From the NCBI GenBank assembly GCA_965224025.1, contig OZ245033.1, positions 2,624,001 through 2,688,000 on the forward strand: a DNA stretch of 64,000 nt, given 5' to 3'. The notes beneath the pieces were generated by a model. It saw nothing but the letters and a program-made list of their open reading frames with translations, was not told the origin of the DNA and made no database searches. The DNA comes from Candidatus Multivorans sp. GTDB lineage: Bacteria; Acidobacteriota; Thermoanaerobaculia; Multivoradales; Multivoraceae. A program made the position numbers and the translations under genes. Below are positions 1 to 9,620 of this stretch, one piece after another (the first letter of the stretch is position 1; every line of letters begins with the position of its first letter).

Positions 1-1
1 A

Positions 2-421
2 GTGAGGGGGTTCCTTCTCGACACGAATGTCGTCTCCGAGATGGCCAAGCCGGCGCCCGACCTGCAAGTCGTGGCGTTCCTGAACTCCGGAGGTGATCTC
101 TGGCTTTCGACCATGGTCGTTCATGAACTGGATTTCGGTTTGCGCCTGCTTCCCGCGGGACGGCGTCGACGCCAGCTCGGCCACGCGCTGGCGGCGATCC
201 AGGCGCAGTATGAGAACTGCCTGATCGCTATCGGTCGCCGAGAGGCCAGACTGGCGGCGAGGCTGCGCGCACAAGCCAGGAGGTCCGGCCGGACGCCGGG
301 CGTCGCGGATGCGCTGATCGCCGGGACGGCGGCCGTGCACGACCTCGCCGTTGCGACCAGAAACATCTCCGACTTCGACAGCCTGGACATCGACGTCGTC
401 AGTCCGTGGGAGCCCTTGTGA
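2..421 (+). CDS. vapC: PIN-domain ribonuclease toxin (VapC family)
   Basis: Motifs FLLDTNVVSE, E in VVHEL, DALIAGTA and TRNISDF. The antitoxin would lie upstream, outside the window. Confidence 0.9.
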   Translation: MRGFLLDTNVVSEMAKPAPDLQVVAFLNSGGDLWLSTMVVHELDFGLRLLPAGRRRRQLGHALAAIQAQYENCLIAIGRREARLAARLRAQARRSGRTPGVADALIAGTAAVHDLAVATRNISDFDSLDIDVVSPWEPL

Positions 422-3400
422 ACTCCCACCTCCAGGAAGCGATCCAGGCCCTTGCGGCCATGGACATCGAGGACGCCGAAGATCCGCGTCAGACCCTGGC
501 GCTGGCCCAGCGCGACATCCTGCGCGAGTTTGCGCCGGCGTACATGCGGTGGCTCGACGCACACGCGGAGGCGGAGGAGGGTCTGTTCCCGGTCGAGGAG
601 GAATCGGCCGACGAGCAGCGCGCACGGATGTGGGTACTCCGGCCGAAGCCGGACGAGGACATGCGCCGCTGGCTGCGCTTCCTGCGTTACCGGGAGCTGA
701 TCCGGGTCGCCGTCTCGGACTTCAGCGGCCTCGACGACTTCGACACGACGACGGCGAAGATCTCCCAGGTCGCGGATGTCTGCGTGCAGCGCGCGCTCGA
801 GGCGACGGGACTCGATCGGGAGCCGTTCGCGGTCATCGCGATGGGCAAGTGGGGCGGTCTGGAGGTCAACTACAGCTCGGACATCGACGCGATCTTCGTG
901 GCCTCGGACGATGTCGACCAGGAGGCCCTGCACCGTCTTCAGCGGCTGGCGCCGAAACTGATCCGGCTGATCTCCGACAACACGGCGGACGGGTTCGTGT
1001 TCCGCGTCGACATGCGTCTGCGTCCCGAGGGGAAGATGGGCCCCCTGGTGCGCACGGTGGGGCAGTACCTCCGCTTCTACGAGCGCTACGGGATGACCTG
1101 GACCTTCCAGGCGCTGATCAAGGCGCGGTTCGCCGGCGGCGACGCGGCGGCGGCCAAGAGCCTGATCGACGGAACGCGGCGCTTCGTCTTCAATCCGGAG
1201 AGGCCGCCCGAGACACTGTTGCGCGAAGTCTTCGAGATGAAGCAGATGATCGAGAAGTCGCTCCGTTCCCGCGGCACGGACATCGGCAACGTGAAGCTCG
1301 GCGCCGGCAGCATCCGCGACATCGAGTTCATCGTCCAGTTGCTTCAGCTTTACCAAGGCGCCGCCAACCGCGGTCTCCGCTCAGCCAACACGCTGCGGGC
1401 GATGGCGCGGCTCCGGTCGCACCGCGTCATCACGGATGACGAGCACGACGAGTTGCACGAGGCATACGTCTTCTTGCGGGTGGTGGAACACGTGCTCCAG
1501 TTGGAGCGGGATCTCCCCGTGCGCCAACTGCCGCAGGATCCGAAACAGTGGGCGACGTTCCAGTGGCGCGTGGCCTTCGCCCTGCGCCAGCCGCTGGACA
1601 CGCTCGATCTCGGCCCTCGCTACGAGGAGACGGCGGCCACGGTGCGCCGCATCTTCGGCGAGTTCTTCGAGGAGACGATCGAACTCCTCGAGCGCAAGCA
1701 GCAGGTCCGCGAGCTGTGCCCGGACCTGCCTGCCGAGGTCGTCGACGAGCACTTCAGGCGGCTGGAGAGAGGCTACTTCCTGAGCTTCGCGGTCGAGGAC
1801 GTGGCGCGCCACCTGGAGATGATCCAGGAACTCGATGCCGATCGGCTGTGCCGGGTCGATGTGCGCTGCGTCGGCTCGACCCGGCGGGTGACCGTGGTCG
1901 CAAACGACTACCAGGGTGAGTTCGCCAAGATCTGCGGACTGCTCGCGGCCTACGGCCAGTCGATCCTGAGCGGCAGTTCCTACACCTACCAGGATGTCGG
2001 CGACGTCGGACTCTACCGGCGGCCCCGGCGAACTCGGCGGCGCCTGCCCGAGCGGTCCCAGGACCGGCGCCGGCGGCGCAGGACTCCGCCGCCGCCGCGA
2101 AGAAAGCAAGGCCCGACGCGGATCGTGTACTCGGCCGATGTGCAACCGGCGCCGGAACGGTCGACTGAGGTGTTTTCCTGGACCGAGTTCGAGCGGGACC
2201 TGAACCGGTTGCTGGCGCTCCTGGAGAAGGGCGATGCGCGCCGCGCCAACGAGGAACTGACCCTGCGGGTCATGGAGGCGGCGCGGCGGATGGACCTCGG
2301 CGCCGAGGCGGACCGGGTCCTGCCGCCGATTGCCATCTCGGTCGACAACGAGTCGGACGAGAACTGCACGATTCTCGAGATTCGAAGCCCGGACAGCTTC
2401 ATGTTCCTGTTCGAGTTCGCCACCGTCCTCTCGACCCGGGACTACTGGATCGACAAGGTCGAGTTCGACACGGTGGACGGCGAGGTGCGCGACCGCCTGT
2501 TCGTGACCACCCGGCGCGGCGGGAAGATCGAAGATCGGGTCGCCGTCGACAATCTGCGTCTCACGGTGACCCTGATGAAGCAGTTCGCGCACCGGCTGGC
2601 GGTGGCGCCGAACCCGCACCTGGCTCTGCGCCAGTTCGGGGCGCTGATCGACGCCGCGTGCGAACAGGTTGCCGATCCGACCCAGGCGCTGGCGTCGTCG
2701 CTGGACGAACTGGCGCGGGTCCTTGGGGCCGGCACCTACCTCTGGGAGGAGTTCCTGCGCCGGCAACACGAGAACCTGATGCCGCTGCTCGCCAACATGG
2801 CCGACCTCGACTTCGGCGCCGACAGAGGAGAGCTGGAGCGCCGGCTGGACGCGGCGCTCGAAGGCCAGGACAAGCCGGACGACGTTCTCAACCGATTCAA
2901 GGACGACGAGATCGGACGCATCGACATGCGCCACCTGACGCGCAGGATCGAGCGCTTCAGCGACTTCGGCGCCGAACTCTCGACCCTCTCCGACGTGGTG
3001 CTCACGCGGGGCGCCGAGGAGGCGGTGGCCGAGGTCGCGGCCGGCGGACCGGCGCCCGGAGCGTGGTCTCTGTGCGCGCTCGGCAAGTGGGGCGGACGCG
3101 ATCTCGGCTACGCCTCGGACATCGAGCTCATGTTCGTCTGGGATGCCGAAGGGTCGGAGCAGGGCCGGGCCGGGGAACTCTACGAGCGCGCGGCGATGCG
3201 CTTGGCGCGCCTGATCCGCGCCAAACGGGACGGGATCTTCGAGCTGGACTGGCGTCTGCGCCCCGGCGGTTCGTCCTCGCCGCTATCGGCGTCGTTCCAG
3301 CGGTTCTCCTCGTACTACAGCTTTGACGGTGACGCCGACCCCTACGAACGTCAGGCGCTGGTTCGGCTCCGCGCGGTTGCGGGCGATCCGGCGCTGTGCG

Positions 3401-3906
3401 CCCGCATCGAGGCGCACCGGCGGGACTACGTATTCGATCCGCGGCCGCACGACGTGGCGCGCATCCTGCACCTGCGGAACCGTCAACGATCCGAACTCAC
3501 GGCGCCCGGCACGACGAACGCGAAGTTCAGCGCCGGCGGCCTGCTTGACGCCGAGTACTTGGTGCAGGTGCGGCAGATCGCGGCCGGCGCGGACGACCCC
3601 GGAGTGCGTCAGACGAACACGCTGGAGGCGGTCAGGGCGCTCTACGAGGGTGGCCACGTTTCGGGCGACGAACTCGAGCAGGTCGAGGCGGGATACCGGT
3701 TGCTGAGAGCGGTGATCAACTGCCTGCGCATCGTCCGCGGCCACAGCAAGGATCTGGTCATACCCGCCCGGCGGACCAGCGAGTTCCAGTTCCTGGCTCG
3801 GCGCCTGCACAGCCTGGGTCAGTTGCCGGACGAAGAGGGCGCCTGGGACCTGATCGCCGGGCGGATGGGCAGCCTGCAGCGTCTCTTCGACGGCCTTTCG
3901 GGCTGA
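418..3906 (+). CDS. glnE: Bifunctional glutamine synthetase adenylyltransferase/deadenylylase (GlnE-like) with central GlnD-type ACT-like domains
   Basis: Two nucleotidyltransferase motifs (MGKWGGLEVNYSSDID and LGKWGGRDLGYASDIE), VDMRLRPEG and LDWRLRPGG, and KLGAGSIRDIEF. Middle segment (ISVDNESDENCTILEIRSPD...DRLFV) resembles GlnD ACT domains. GTG start at 418 overlaps the vapC stop; the ORF track start is 406. Confidence 0.85.
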   Translation: MNSHLQEAIQALAAMDIEDAEDPRQTLALAQRDILREFAPAYMRWLDAHAEAEEGLFPVEEESADEQRARMWVLRPKPDEDMRRWLRFLRYRELIRVAVSDFSGLDDFDTTTAKISQVADVCVQRALEATGLDREPFAVIAMGKWGGLEVNYSSDIDAIFVASDDVDQEALHRLQRLAPKLIRLISDNTADGFVFRVDMRLRPEGKMGPLVRTVGQYLRFYERYGMTWTFQALIKARFAGGDAAAAKSLIDGTRRFVFNPERPPETLLREVFEMKQMIEKSLRSRGTDIGNVKLGAGSIRDIEFIVQLLQLYQGAANRGLRSANTLRAMARLRSHRVITDDEHDELHEAYVFLRVVEHVLQLERDLPVRQLPQDPKQWATFQWRVAFALRQPLDTLDLGPRYEETAATVRRIFGEFFEETIELLERKQQVRELCPDLPAEVVDEHFRRLERGYFLSFAVEDVARHLEMIQELDADRLCRVDVRCVGSTRRVTVVANDYQGEFAKICGLLAAYGQSILSGSSYTYQDVGDVGLYRRPRRTRRRLPERSQDRRRRRRTPPPPRRKQGPTRIVYSADVQPAPERSTEVFSWTEFERDLNRLLALLEKGDARRANEELTLRVMEAARRMDLGAEADRVLPPIAISVDNESDENCTILEIRSPDSFMFLFEFATVLSTRDYWIDKVEFDTVDGEVRDRLFVTTRRGGKIEDRVAVDNLRLTVTLMKQFAHRLAVAPNPHLALRQFGALIDAACEQVADPTQALASSLDELARVLGAGTYLWEEFLRRQHENLMPLLANMADLDFGADRGELERRLDAALEGQDKPDDVLNRFKDDEIGRIDMRHLTRRIERFSDFGAELSTLSDVVLTRGAEEAVAEVAAGGPAPGAWSLCALGKWGGRDLGYASDIELMFVWDAEGSEQGRAGELYERAAMRLARLIRAKRDGIFELDWRLRPGGSSSPLSASFQRFSSYYSFDGDADPYERQALVRLRAVAGDPALCARIEAHRRDYVFDPRPHDVARILHLRNRQRSELTAPGTTNAKFSAGGLLDAEYLVQVRQIAAGADDPGVRQTNTLEAVRALYEGGHVSGDELEQVEAGYRLLRAVINCLRIVRGHSKDLVIPARRTSEFQFLARRLHSLGQLPDEEGAWDLIAGRMGSLQRLFDGLSG

Positions 3907-3951
3907 GCGTCCGGCGCCCATGGAGAGAAGCGCGCCGGGGAGCGCGCCAGG

Positions 3952-4293
3952 TCAGCCGATCGCGACGTTTCCGGTTTCGCCCGTGCGAATGCGGATGGTC
4001 TCTTCGAGCGGCAGGACGAAGATCTTGCCGTCACCGACATTGCCGGTCTTGGCGCCCCGTGTGATCGCATCGATCACCAGGTCGACATAGTCCTCGTTGA
4101 CCGCAATCTCGATCTTGAGCTTGCGCAGCAGAGCGCCGGCCTCCTTGTGGCCGCGGTAGACCTCGGAAACCCCCCGCTGGCGACCGCGCCCCATGACGTT
4201 GGAGACGGTCAACAGGTGGATCTCCCGCTCTTGCAGGAGATCGAGAACCTCCTGCATCCGGTCGGGCTGAACGATGGCCACGATGTACTTCAT
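3952..4293 (-). CDS. glnK: P-II nitrogen regulatory protein
   Basis: MKYIVAIVQP, GRGRQRG, TGNVGDGKIFV and IRIRTGETG. GGAGG RBS; directly downstream of amtB. Confidence 0.93.
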   Translation of the reverse strand: MKYIVAIVQPDRMQEVLDLLQEREIHLLTVSNVMGRGRQRGVSEVYRGHKEAGALLRKLKIEIAVNEDYVDLVIDAITRGAKTGNVGDGKIFVLPLEETIRIRTGETGNVAIG

Positions 4294-4303
4294 GTCATTC
4301 CTC

Positions 4304-5644
4304 CTAGTCCACCAGGGTGTAAGCGTTTTCGCGGTGGTCGGTGAGGTCGAGACCGATCCGCTCTTCGTCGTCGCTGACACGGAGTCCGATGATCAGGTCG
4401 ATGACCTTGAGCAGAATGAAGGACACGACCGCCGCCCAGACGATGGTGTAGGCGATTGCCTTGAGTTGGATCGCGACCTGACCGGCGTTGCCGTAGAACA
4501 GCCCGTTCGCGTCGTTGCCGGGCACCACGTCCGTGGCCCAGAGGCCGGCCGCAATCGCGCCCCACATGCCGGCGATGCCGTGGACACCGAAGACGTCCAG
4601 CGAGTCGTCGTAGCCGAGCTTCGCCTTGAGCCAGGTGACCGCGAGGTACGCGAACAACGAGGCGCCGGCGCCGACGCCGATCGCGCCGATCGCGCTGACC
4701 GAACCGGAGGCCGGAGTGATCGCCACGAGTCCGGCGATGGCGCCGGTGATGGTGCCCAGGAGCGTCGGCTTGGAGTCGCGGATCCAGTCGATCAGGCCCC
4801 AGGCGGCCGCCGCTGCCGCGGTCGCCACCTGGGTGACGACGAAGGCGTTGGCTGCCGAGCCGTTGGCCGCCACGGCGCTGCCGGCGTTGAAGCCGAACCA
4901 GCCGAACCAGAGCAGGCCGGTGCCGAGGACGGCGAAGGGCAGGTTGTGCGGAGGCGAGGCGTGGTCCGGATAGCCCTTGCGGCGGCCGAGAACGAGCGCC
5001 GCGACGAGGGCCGAGACGCCGGCGTTGATGTGAACGACGGTGCCGCCGGCAAAGTCGAGGGCGCCGTCGCCGCCGAGGCCGAAGAAGCCCTCGGCGCCGC
5101 CCCAGACCCAGTGGCAGATCGGGGCGTAGACCACCAGCAGCCAGGCACTCATGAACAGGCAGATGGCGCTGAACTTCATCCGTTCCGCGAAGGCGCCGAT
5201 CATGAGAGCGGGCGTGATGATCGCGAACATGCCCTGGAAGATCATGAACAGCGGCGCCGGAATGCCGGTGCCGTCCCAGGCGTCGTAGCCCAGGTTGGCG
5301 AGCAGGAAGTAGTCGCCGCCGCCGATCACGCCGCCGAGGGCGTCTGAGCCGAACGCGAGACTGAAGCCGACGACGACCCAGAGCACGGTCATCAGGCCCA
5401 TGCACAGGAAGCACTGCATGAGGATCGAGAGGACGTTCTTTCGCCGGACCAGCCCGCCGTAGAAGAACGCCAGTCCCGGCGTCATCAGCAGCACCAGGGC
5501 GCTGGCGGTCAGCATCCATGCCGTGTCGCCGCTGTCCACGCCTTCCTGTGCCGCGGCCGGCGCGGCGCCGAACAGAGCCAGCACCAGGGTGAGTCCCAGG
5601 GCCGAACCCAGACCGATGGTTCGACCGCGAATTCTGAAGCTCAT
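4304..5644 (-). CDS. amtB: Ammonium transporter
   Basis: DTAWML, FQGMFA, DFAGGTVVH, WFGWFGFNAGS and DDSLDVFGVHG (twin His present). N-terminal signal-like segment. Confidence 0.96.
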   Translation of the reverse strand: MSFRIRGRTIGLGSALGLTLVLALFGAAPAAAQEGVDSGDTAWMLTASALVLLMTPGLAFFYGGLVRRKNVLSILMQCFLCMGLMTVLWVVVGFSLAFGSDALGGVIGGGDYFLLANLGYDAWDGTGIPAPLFMIFQGMFAIITPALMIGAFAERMKFSAICLFMSAWLLVVYAPICHWVWGGAEGFFGLGGDGALDFAGGTVVHINAGVSALVAALVLGRRKGYPDHASPPHNLPFAVLGTGLLWFGWFGFNAGSAVAANGSAANAFVVTQVATAAAAAAWGLIDWIRDSKPTLLGTITGAIAGLVAITPASGSVSAIGAIGVGAGASLFAYLAVTWLKAKLGYDDSLDVFGVHGIAGMWGAIAAGLWATDVVPGNDANGLFYGNAGQVAIQLKAIAYTIVWAAVVSFILLKVIDLIIGLRVSDDEERIGLDLTDHRENAYTLVD

Positions 5645-5760
5645 GCGAGTCCCTCCTCTTCGTTTGATCCGCCCGGCTGATCATCTCGGCCCGCGCTTCT
5701 TCTGCGGCGTGGGAGAGGTCAGGTTTCCGGAACTGACGTCCAGGCTTGCCGCGCTCCTGT

Positions 5761-5777
5761 ATCCAGAACCGTGCCAA
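5761..5777 (-). promoter_or_regulatory. Possible sigma54-type promoter of amtB-glnK
   Basis: Minus strand reads TTGGCACGGTTCTGGAT. The -24 TGGCAC is perfect; the -12 element is imperfect (TGGA rather than TTGC). Lies ~120 bp upstream of amtB. Confidence 0.3.
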
Positions 5778-6003
5778 GCGGGCGGAGGCGCTTGGGCCGC
5801 GCCGGGAAGTGCGGACGCGAGACCGCGGCAATGCCCGCAAACCCGCGCGCAGCCGCGAGTTGGCGGCGGATCGAGGAAGTGGCGATGGGGCTCGATGGGG
5901 GCGCCGGTTCCGGGTCAGGCTGCCGGCGCGCCGCCCCGGACGAACATTCCTGTTCGGCTCGGGGAGGGCGTGCGACAGAACTGTAACGCCGGCAGGATCG
6001 GGC

Positions 6004-8001
6004 TCAGGGCAGATCGAGCGCCGGGTTGCGGTCGAAGAAGTCGAACGGGCGCAGTTTGAAGCCGTGCCACATGACCGGCATCACCGGCCAGTCCTCGGCC
6101 CGCGGCAAGTGGTGCATGCCGACCGTGTGCCAGAGCACGATGTCCCTGTCCTTGATCGGCCGGTCCGCCTCCGTCCATTCGGGCAGACCCATGCCCGGCT
6201 CGCTCAGGGTCGGGTGGTCGCCGGCCGCGTAGAGTTCGTCCGGGTCGTAGGGGGTCACCCACAGGTGGTGGTCGATGAAACCGGCGCGCCGCCGCGGATA
6301 GTCGTCCGCCGAGAGCAGCGTATTCGCGTTCCTGCCCGGCATCACCTGGAAACTCGTCGGATAGCCGACGGCGTTCGTCCGGCTGGTGCTGAGCACCCGC
6401 CAGAGCGTTGGTCGCTCCAGGTCGATGTTCAGCCGGGCGTCATGCTCGCTGGCCGCGACCTCCTGTTCCTGGACCCACAGGCTGCGTCTGGGGTGGTCGG
6501 CCGGCAGCCGTTTGGTGACCAGGCGATCGGCGACGAAGCGATTGTCTGCGCCATCGACGTCGATGTCGAGCCGGTAGCTGAAGTAGTGGTCATGATTGAC
6601 GGCGACGATGTTGCGGTCAACGAAACGGCCGTAGGCATCGGCGCGACCGGGTGTCCGCAGCGCGTCGGCCGCGGCTGTGTTGACCGGCCCCGCCGATGGC
6701 GCCGGTGGGATCGCGGAGGCTGCGTTCGTTGCCTTGACTTCCAGGATGCCGGTGGCGCCGACCCGGGCTTCGATGGAGCCGTCCTGCCGGAAGATCCAGT
6801 CAAGCAGGTAGTCGTAGTTGCCGACCACGGCCCCCGTCCGCAAGACCAGATCGCGGCTCCGCCGGCTGTCGGGCTGTTCGGAGGCGTAGTGCCTCCAGGC
6901 AGGATCGCCGGTCTCGCGTTCGTACATGCAGATCGTGTCGGGCACGGTGCGGGGGCGGCCGTTGCCGCCGCTGACCAGGGTGTCGATGTAGACCGCGTGA
7001 CCGGGGCAGTCCCGGCCGCGCAGCATCGGCTTGGCCAATCCCCCGGCAACGAACTCGCCGGCGTCGATGAAGTTGCGCCGATACCAGGCGAACGACGGGT
7101 CCATGTACGGAACGAAGATCTCCGACAGATGGCCCTGGTACATCACGGAGCGGGAACTCGCGTCCGATCCCGGTTGGTAGCGAACCAGGGACAGAACCAG
7201 GCCGATCCGCTGATCGGGCCTCAGGTGGAAGCTCCAGTTCTGCCAGCGCACCTGGTAACCGTCGATCTCGAAGCCGGGTCCGAGCGGCTGGCGCGTATCG
7301 ATCGGTCCGGGCACTTCGCGCGGATGGTCGAGGGTGGTGCGGTCGAAGTCCGCGGTCGTCGTGGTGGCGGGCACCGGACCGTCGTCAACCACCCGCAAGA
7401 CTTCGCCGGCGCCGAGGTCGACGACGGCGCTCAGGCCCTCGACCTGCCGGGTCCAGGCATTGCGGACGCCGCGCGGCTCGGAACACCTGACATTGCCGAT
7501 CCGCCGTCCGCGCTCTTCCTCGGTCCCGAAGTAACCGGGTGGTCCCGTGCCGCAGTCGAGAAAGGTGTGGTCGGTGATGCCGCGCGCCTCAAGGCCGGCG
7601 ATGAAGTCCGGATGTTCGAGCACCTTGTCGACGACTGCCTCGAACTCTTCGCCAAGCCAGGCGGGTTGCGCTCCGGCAAGGGGCGTCCATGACGTGACTC
7701 GCTCGGCGGCAAGGTCGACGGTGGCCTCATAGGTCTTGTCGGCCTGGCGAACCAGGGCATAGACCGTCCGGCCCATTTCGAGGCCGGGGCGCCAGGCGAG
7801 CACGTCGCGTTTGGCCGGCTCCTTGAGTCTCAGCTCCGAGAAGCGGGTCTCCTTGTTCATGTGCCCGGCATCGCGGAGCACCTCCAGCGCACGCCACATC
7901 TCCTGGTAGCTCAGGGGGTCGAGCGGATGTTCCGCGGCCGGTACGGGTGCGGCCATGGCGAAAACCATCGAGAGAGCGAGAAGGAAGGTCGACGAGCGCA
8001 T
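6004..8001 (-). CDS. Secreted copper-containing primary amine oxidase (TPQ)
   Basis: Signal peptide MRSSTFLLAL..., HPLDPLS, the TPQ motif GNYDY, Cu ligands in NHDH and HHLPRAEDWPVMP. The ATG at 8001 has a GGAG RBS; the longer ORF-track extension is spurious. Confidence 0.93.
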   Translation of the reverse strand: MRSSTFLLALSMVFAMAAPVPAAEHPLDPLSYQEMWRALEVLRDAGHMNKETRFSELRLKEPAKRDVLAWRPGLEMGRTVYALVRQADKTYEATVDLAAERVTSWTPLAGAQPAWLGEEFEAVVDKVLEHPDFIAGLEARGITDHTFLDCGTGPPGYFGTEEERGRRIGNVRCSEPRGVRNAWTRQVEGLSAVVDLGAGEVLRVVDDGPVPATTTTADFDRTTLDHPREVPGPIDTRQPLGPGFEIDGYQVRWQNWSFHLRPDQRIGLVLSLVRYQPGSDASSRSVMYQGHLSEIFVPYMDPSFAWYRRNFIDAGEFVAGGLAKPMLRGRDCPGHAVYIDTLVSGGNGRPRTVPDTICMYERETGDPAWRHYASEQPDSRRSRDLVLRTGAVVGNYDYLLDWIFRQDGSIEARVGATGILEVKATNAASAIPPAPSAGPVNTAAADALRTPGRADAYGRFVDRNIVAVNHDHYFSYRLDIDVDGADNRFVADRLVTKRLPADHPRRSLWVQEQEVAASEHDARLNIDLERPTLWRVLSTSRTNAVGYPTSFQVMPGRNANTLLSADDYPRRRAGFIDHHLWVTPYDPDELYAAGDHPTLSEPGMGLPEWTEADRPIKDRDIVLWHTVGMHHLPRAEDWPVMPVMWHGFKLRPFDFFDRNPALDLP

Positions 8002-8124
8002 GGGTTCTCCTTGGGACGCGGTGGTCGGATCCGCTTGATGGGGCCTTGGCCTGTTGGCCGTGTACTGTCGGCACTGCCACCTGAACCTATCGCGGCTGCG
8101 CTTCCGCTGTAGACTAGCCAACCA

Positions 8125-9072
8125 GTGAGTCTGCGCATCGTGCCACCGTCGCCGCGCGCGAGCGCGACTCCTGACGCCGTTTCGGCGCCAACGTCCGGCC
8201 GCCTCTGGCCGTCCGCGCCGCAGGGGAGGCGGTTGTTTCGTCAGGCGACGGACGGCAGCAGCCCGCGTCAGGTGAAGACGAGCGTCGCGCTCCAGTTCCT
8301 GCACCGGATCGTGGGGCTCGAATACCTGAACTTCGGCATGTGGAGCGCCGAGGATCCGTTCGACTTGGCTGGTCTGCGCCGAGCCCAGGAGCGGCTCGTG
8401 GGGCGTCTGATCGAGCTGCTGCCGCCGGGCGTCTCCTCGGTGCTCGACGTCGGTTGCGGGACCGGCGTGATCGCGGAACGGCTGGCCGCTCTCGGCTACG
8501 ACGTCGAAGGACTGTCTCCCGATCCGTACCATGGCGAGTTGTTCAGGTCGCGGCTGCCGGATCGACGCTTCCACCTTGGCCGTTTCCAGGAGTTCGAGCC
8601 GGATCGGCGTTACGACCTCCTGTTCCTCTGCGAGTCGGCGCAGTACGTGTGGCTGGAGGAGCTGTTCGAGGCTGTGCAGCGATCGCTGAGGCCGGGTGGG
8701 CACGTGCTTCTGTGCGACTACTTCGTCACCTGCCCGGACGGCAGCGAGGGCTCGCGGAGCGGCCACCCGCTGGACGAGTTCCTGGCTCGGTCCGAGGCCA
8801 GCGGGCTCGTTCTCGAGATCGACGAGGACGTGACCGAATCCGTCCTTCCAATGCTGCGGCTTGCGCGGGCGATGCTCGACCGCTTCGGCCGCGGCACCGT
8901 GAGCTTGCTGCGTGAGGCCTCCACGCGGCGGTTCCCGCGGTTGGCCGGCGCCGGCTGGCGATTGGCGCGGCCTCTGACCGGCCGGCTGGACCGGCTCGAC
9001 CGGCTGATCGACCCGGAGCACTTCGCCCGCATCAAGCAGTACAGGGTCATGCGTTTCCGGGGGGCGGTGTGA
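8125..9072 (+). CDS. Class I SAM-dependent methyltransferase
   Basis: YLNFGMW, VLDVGCGTG, ESAQY and LRPGG. The true start may be the GTG at 8272. Confidence 0.85.
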   Translation: MSLRIVPPSPRASATPDAVSAPTSGRLWPSAPQGRRLFRQATDGSSPRQVKTSVALQFLHRIVGLEYLNFGMWSAEDPFDLAGLRRAQERLVGRLIELLPPGVSSVLDVGCGTGVIAERLAALGYDVEGLSPDPYHGELFRSRLPDRRFHLGRFQEFEPDRRYDLLFLCESAQYVWLEELFEAVQRSLRPGGHVLLCDYFVTCPDGSEGSRSGHPLDEFLARSEASGLVLEIDEDVTESVLPMLRLARAMLDRFGRGTVSLLREASTRRFPRLAGAGWRLARPLTGRLDRLDRLIDPEHFARIKQYRVMRFRGAV

Positions 9073-9611
9073 GGCGGCTGGGCGCCGCTGCCCTCTTGTT
9101 CGGCGCGTCGCTGGCCGCAGTTCCGACTGCGGTGCCTGGCGACGACGCTCCGGCGGGAGCGGCCGGCAAACCTCGGGCGGTCACCTTGGATGGGCGGGAG
9201 GTGGCAGCACCGGAAGGGCTCGCTCCACGCACCCTGCTGGTGATGAGCTTTCACCGCGCGGCGAACGGCCGTGCGCGAGGCTGGCGCAGTGCGCTGGACG
9301 AAGAGGCGCGAGCCGCGGAATGGTCCGTCTACACCGTCGTGGTGCTTGAAGGTGCGCCGCAGATGATCCGCCGCTTCGTGGTTCGCGGGCTGCGCGGCGA
9401 CGTGCCGGCTGAACGCCAAGGCACCTTCCTGGTCGTCGAGGAAGGCGCCGACGCGTGGCGGGCCCTCGCCGGCTCAGACGGCGACGCCGAAGATCGGGAT
9501 GATGCGGTCTTCGTTGCACGCCTGGAAGGCGGCAAGGTCCGCGCGCGCGTTCGTGGGGTCGTGTCGGCGGAAGCGTTGAATCGGCTGTTCAGCGCGGCTT
9601 GCGGTCCCTAG
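9069..9611 (+). CDS. Secreted hypothetical protein, possible thioredoxin-like (ATP10-like) fold
   Basis: GTGA overlap with the upstream gene and a signal peptide. Fold assignment is weak. Confidence 0.6.
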   Translation: MRRLGAAALLFGASLAAVPTAVPGDDAPAGAAGKPRAVTLDGREVAAPEGLAPRTLLVMSFHRAANGRARGWRSALDEEARAAEWSVYTVVVLEGAPQMIRRFVVRGLRGDVPAERQGTFLVVEEGADAWRALAGSDGDAEDRDDAVFVARLEGGKVRARVRGVVSAEALNRLFSAACGP

Positions 9612-9620
9612 CGCCATCCG

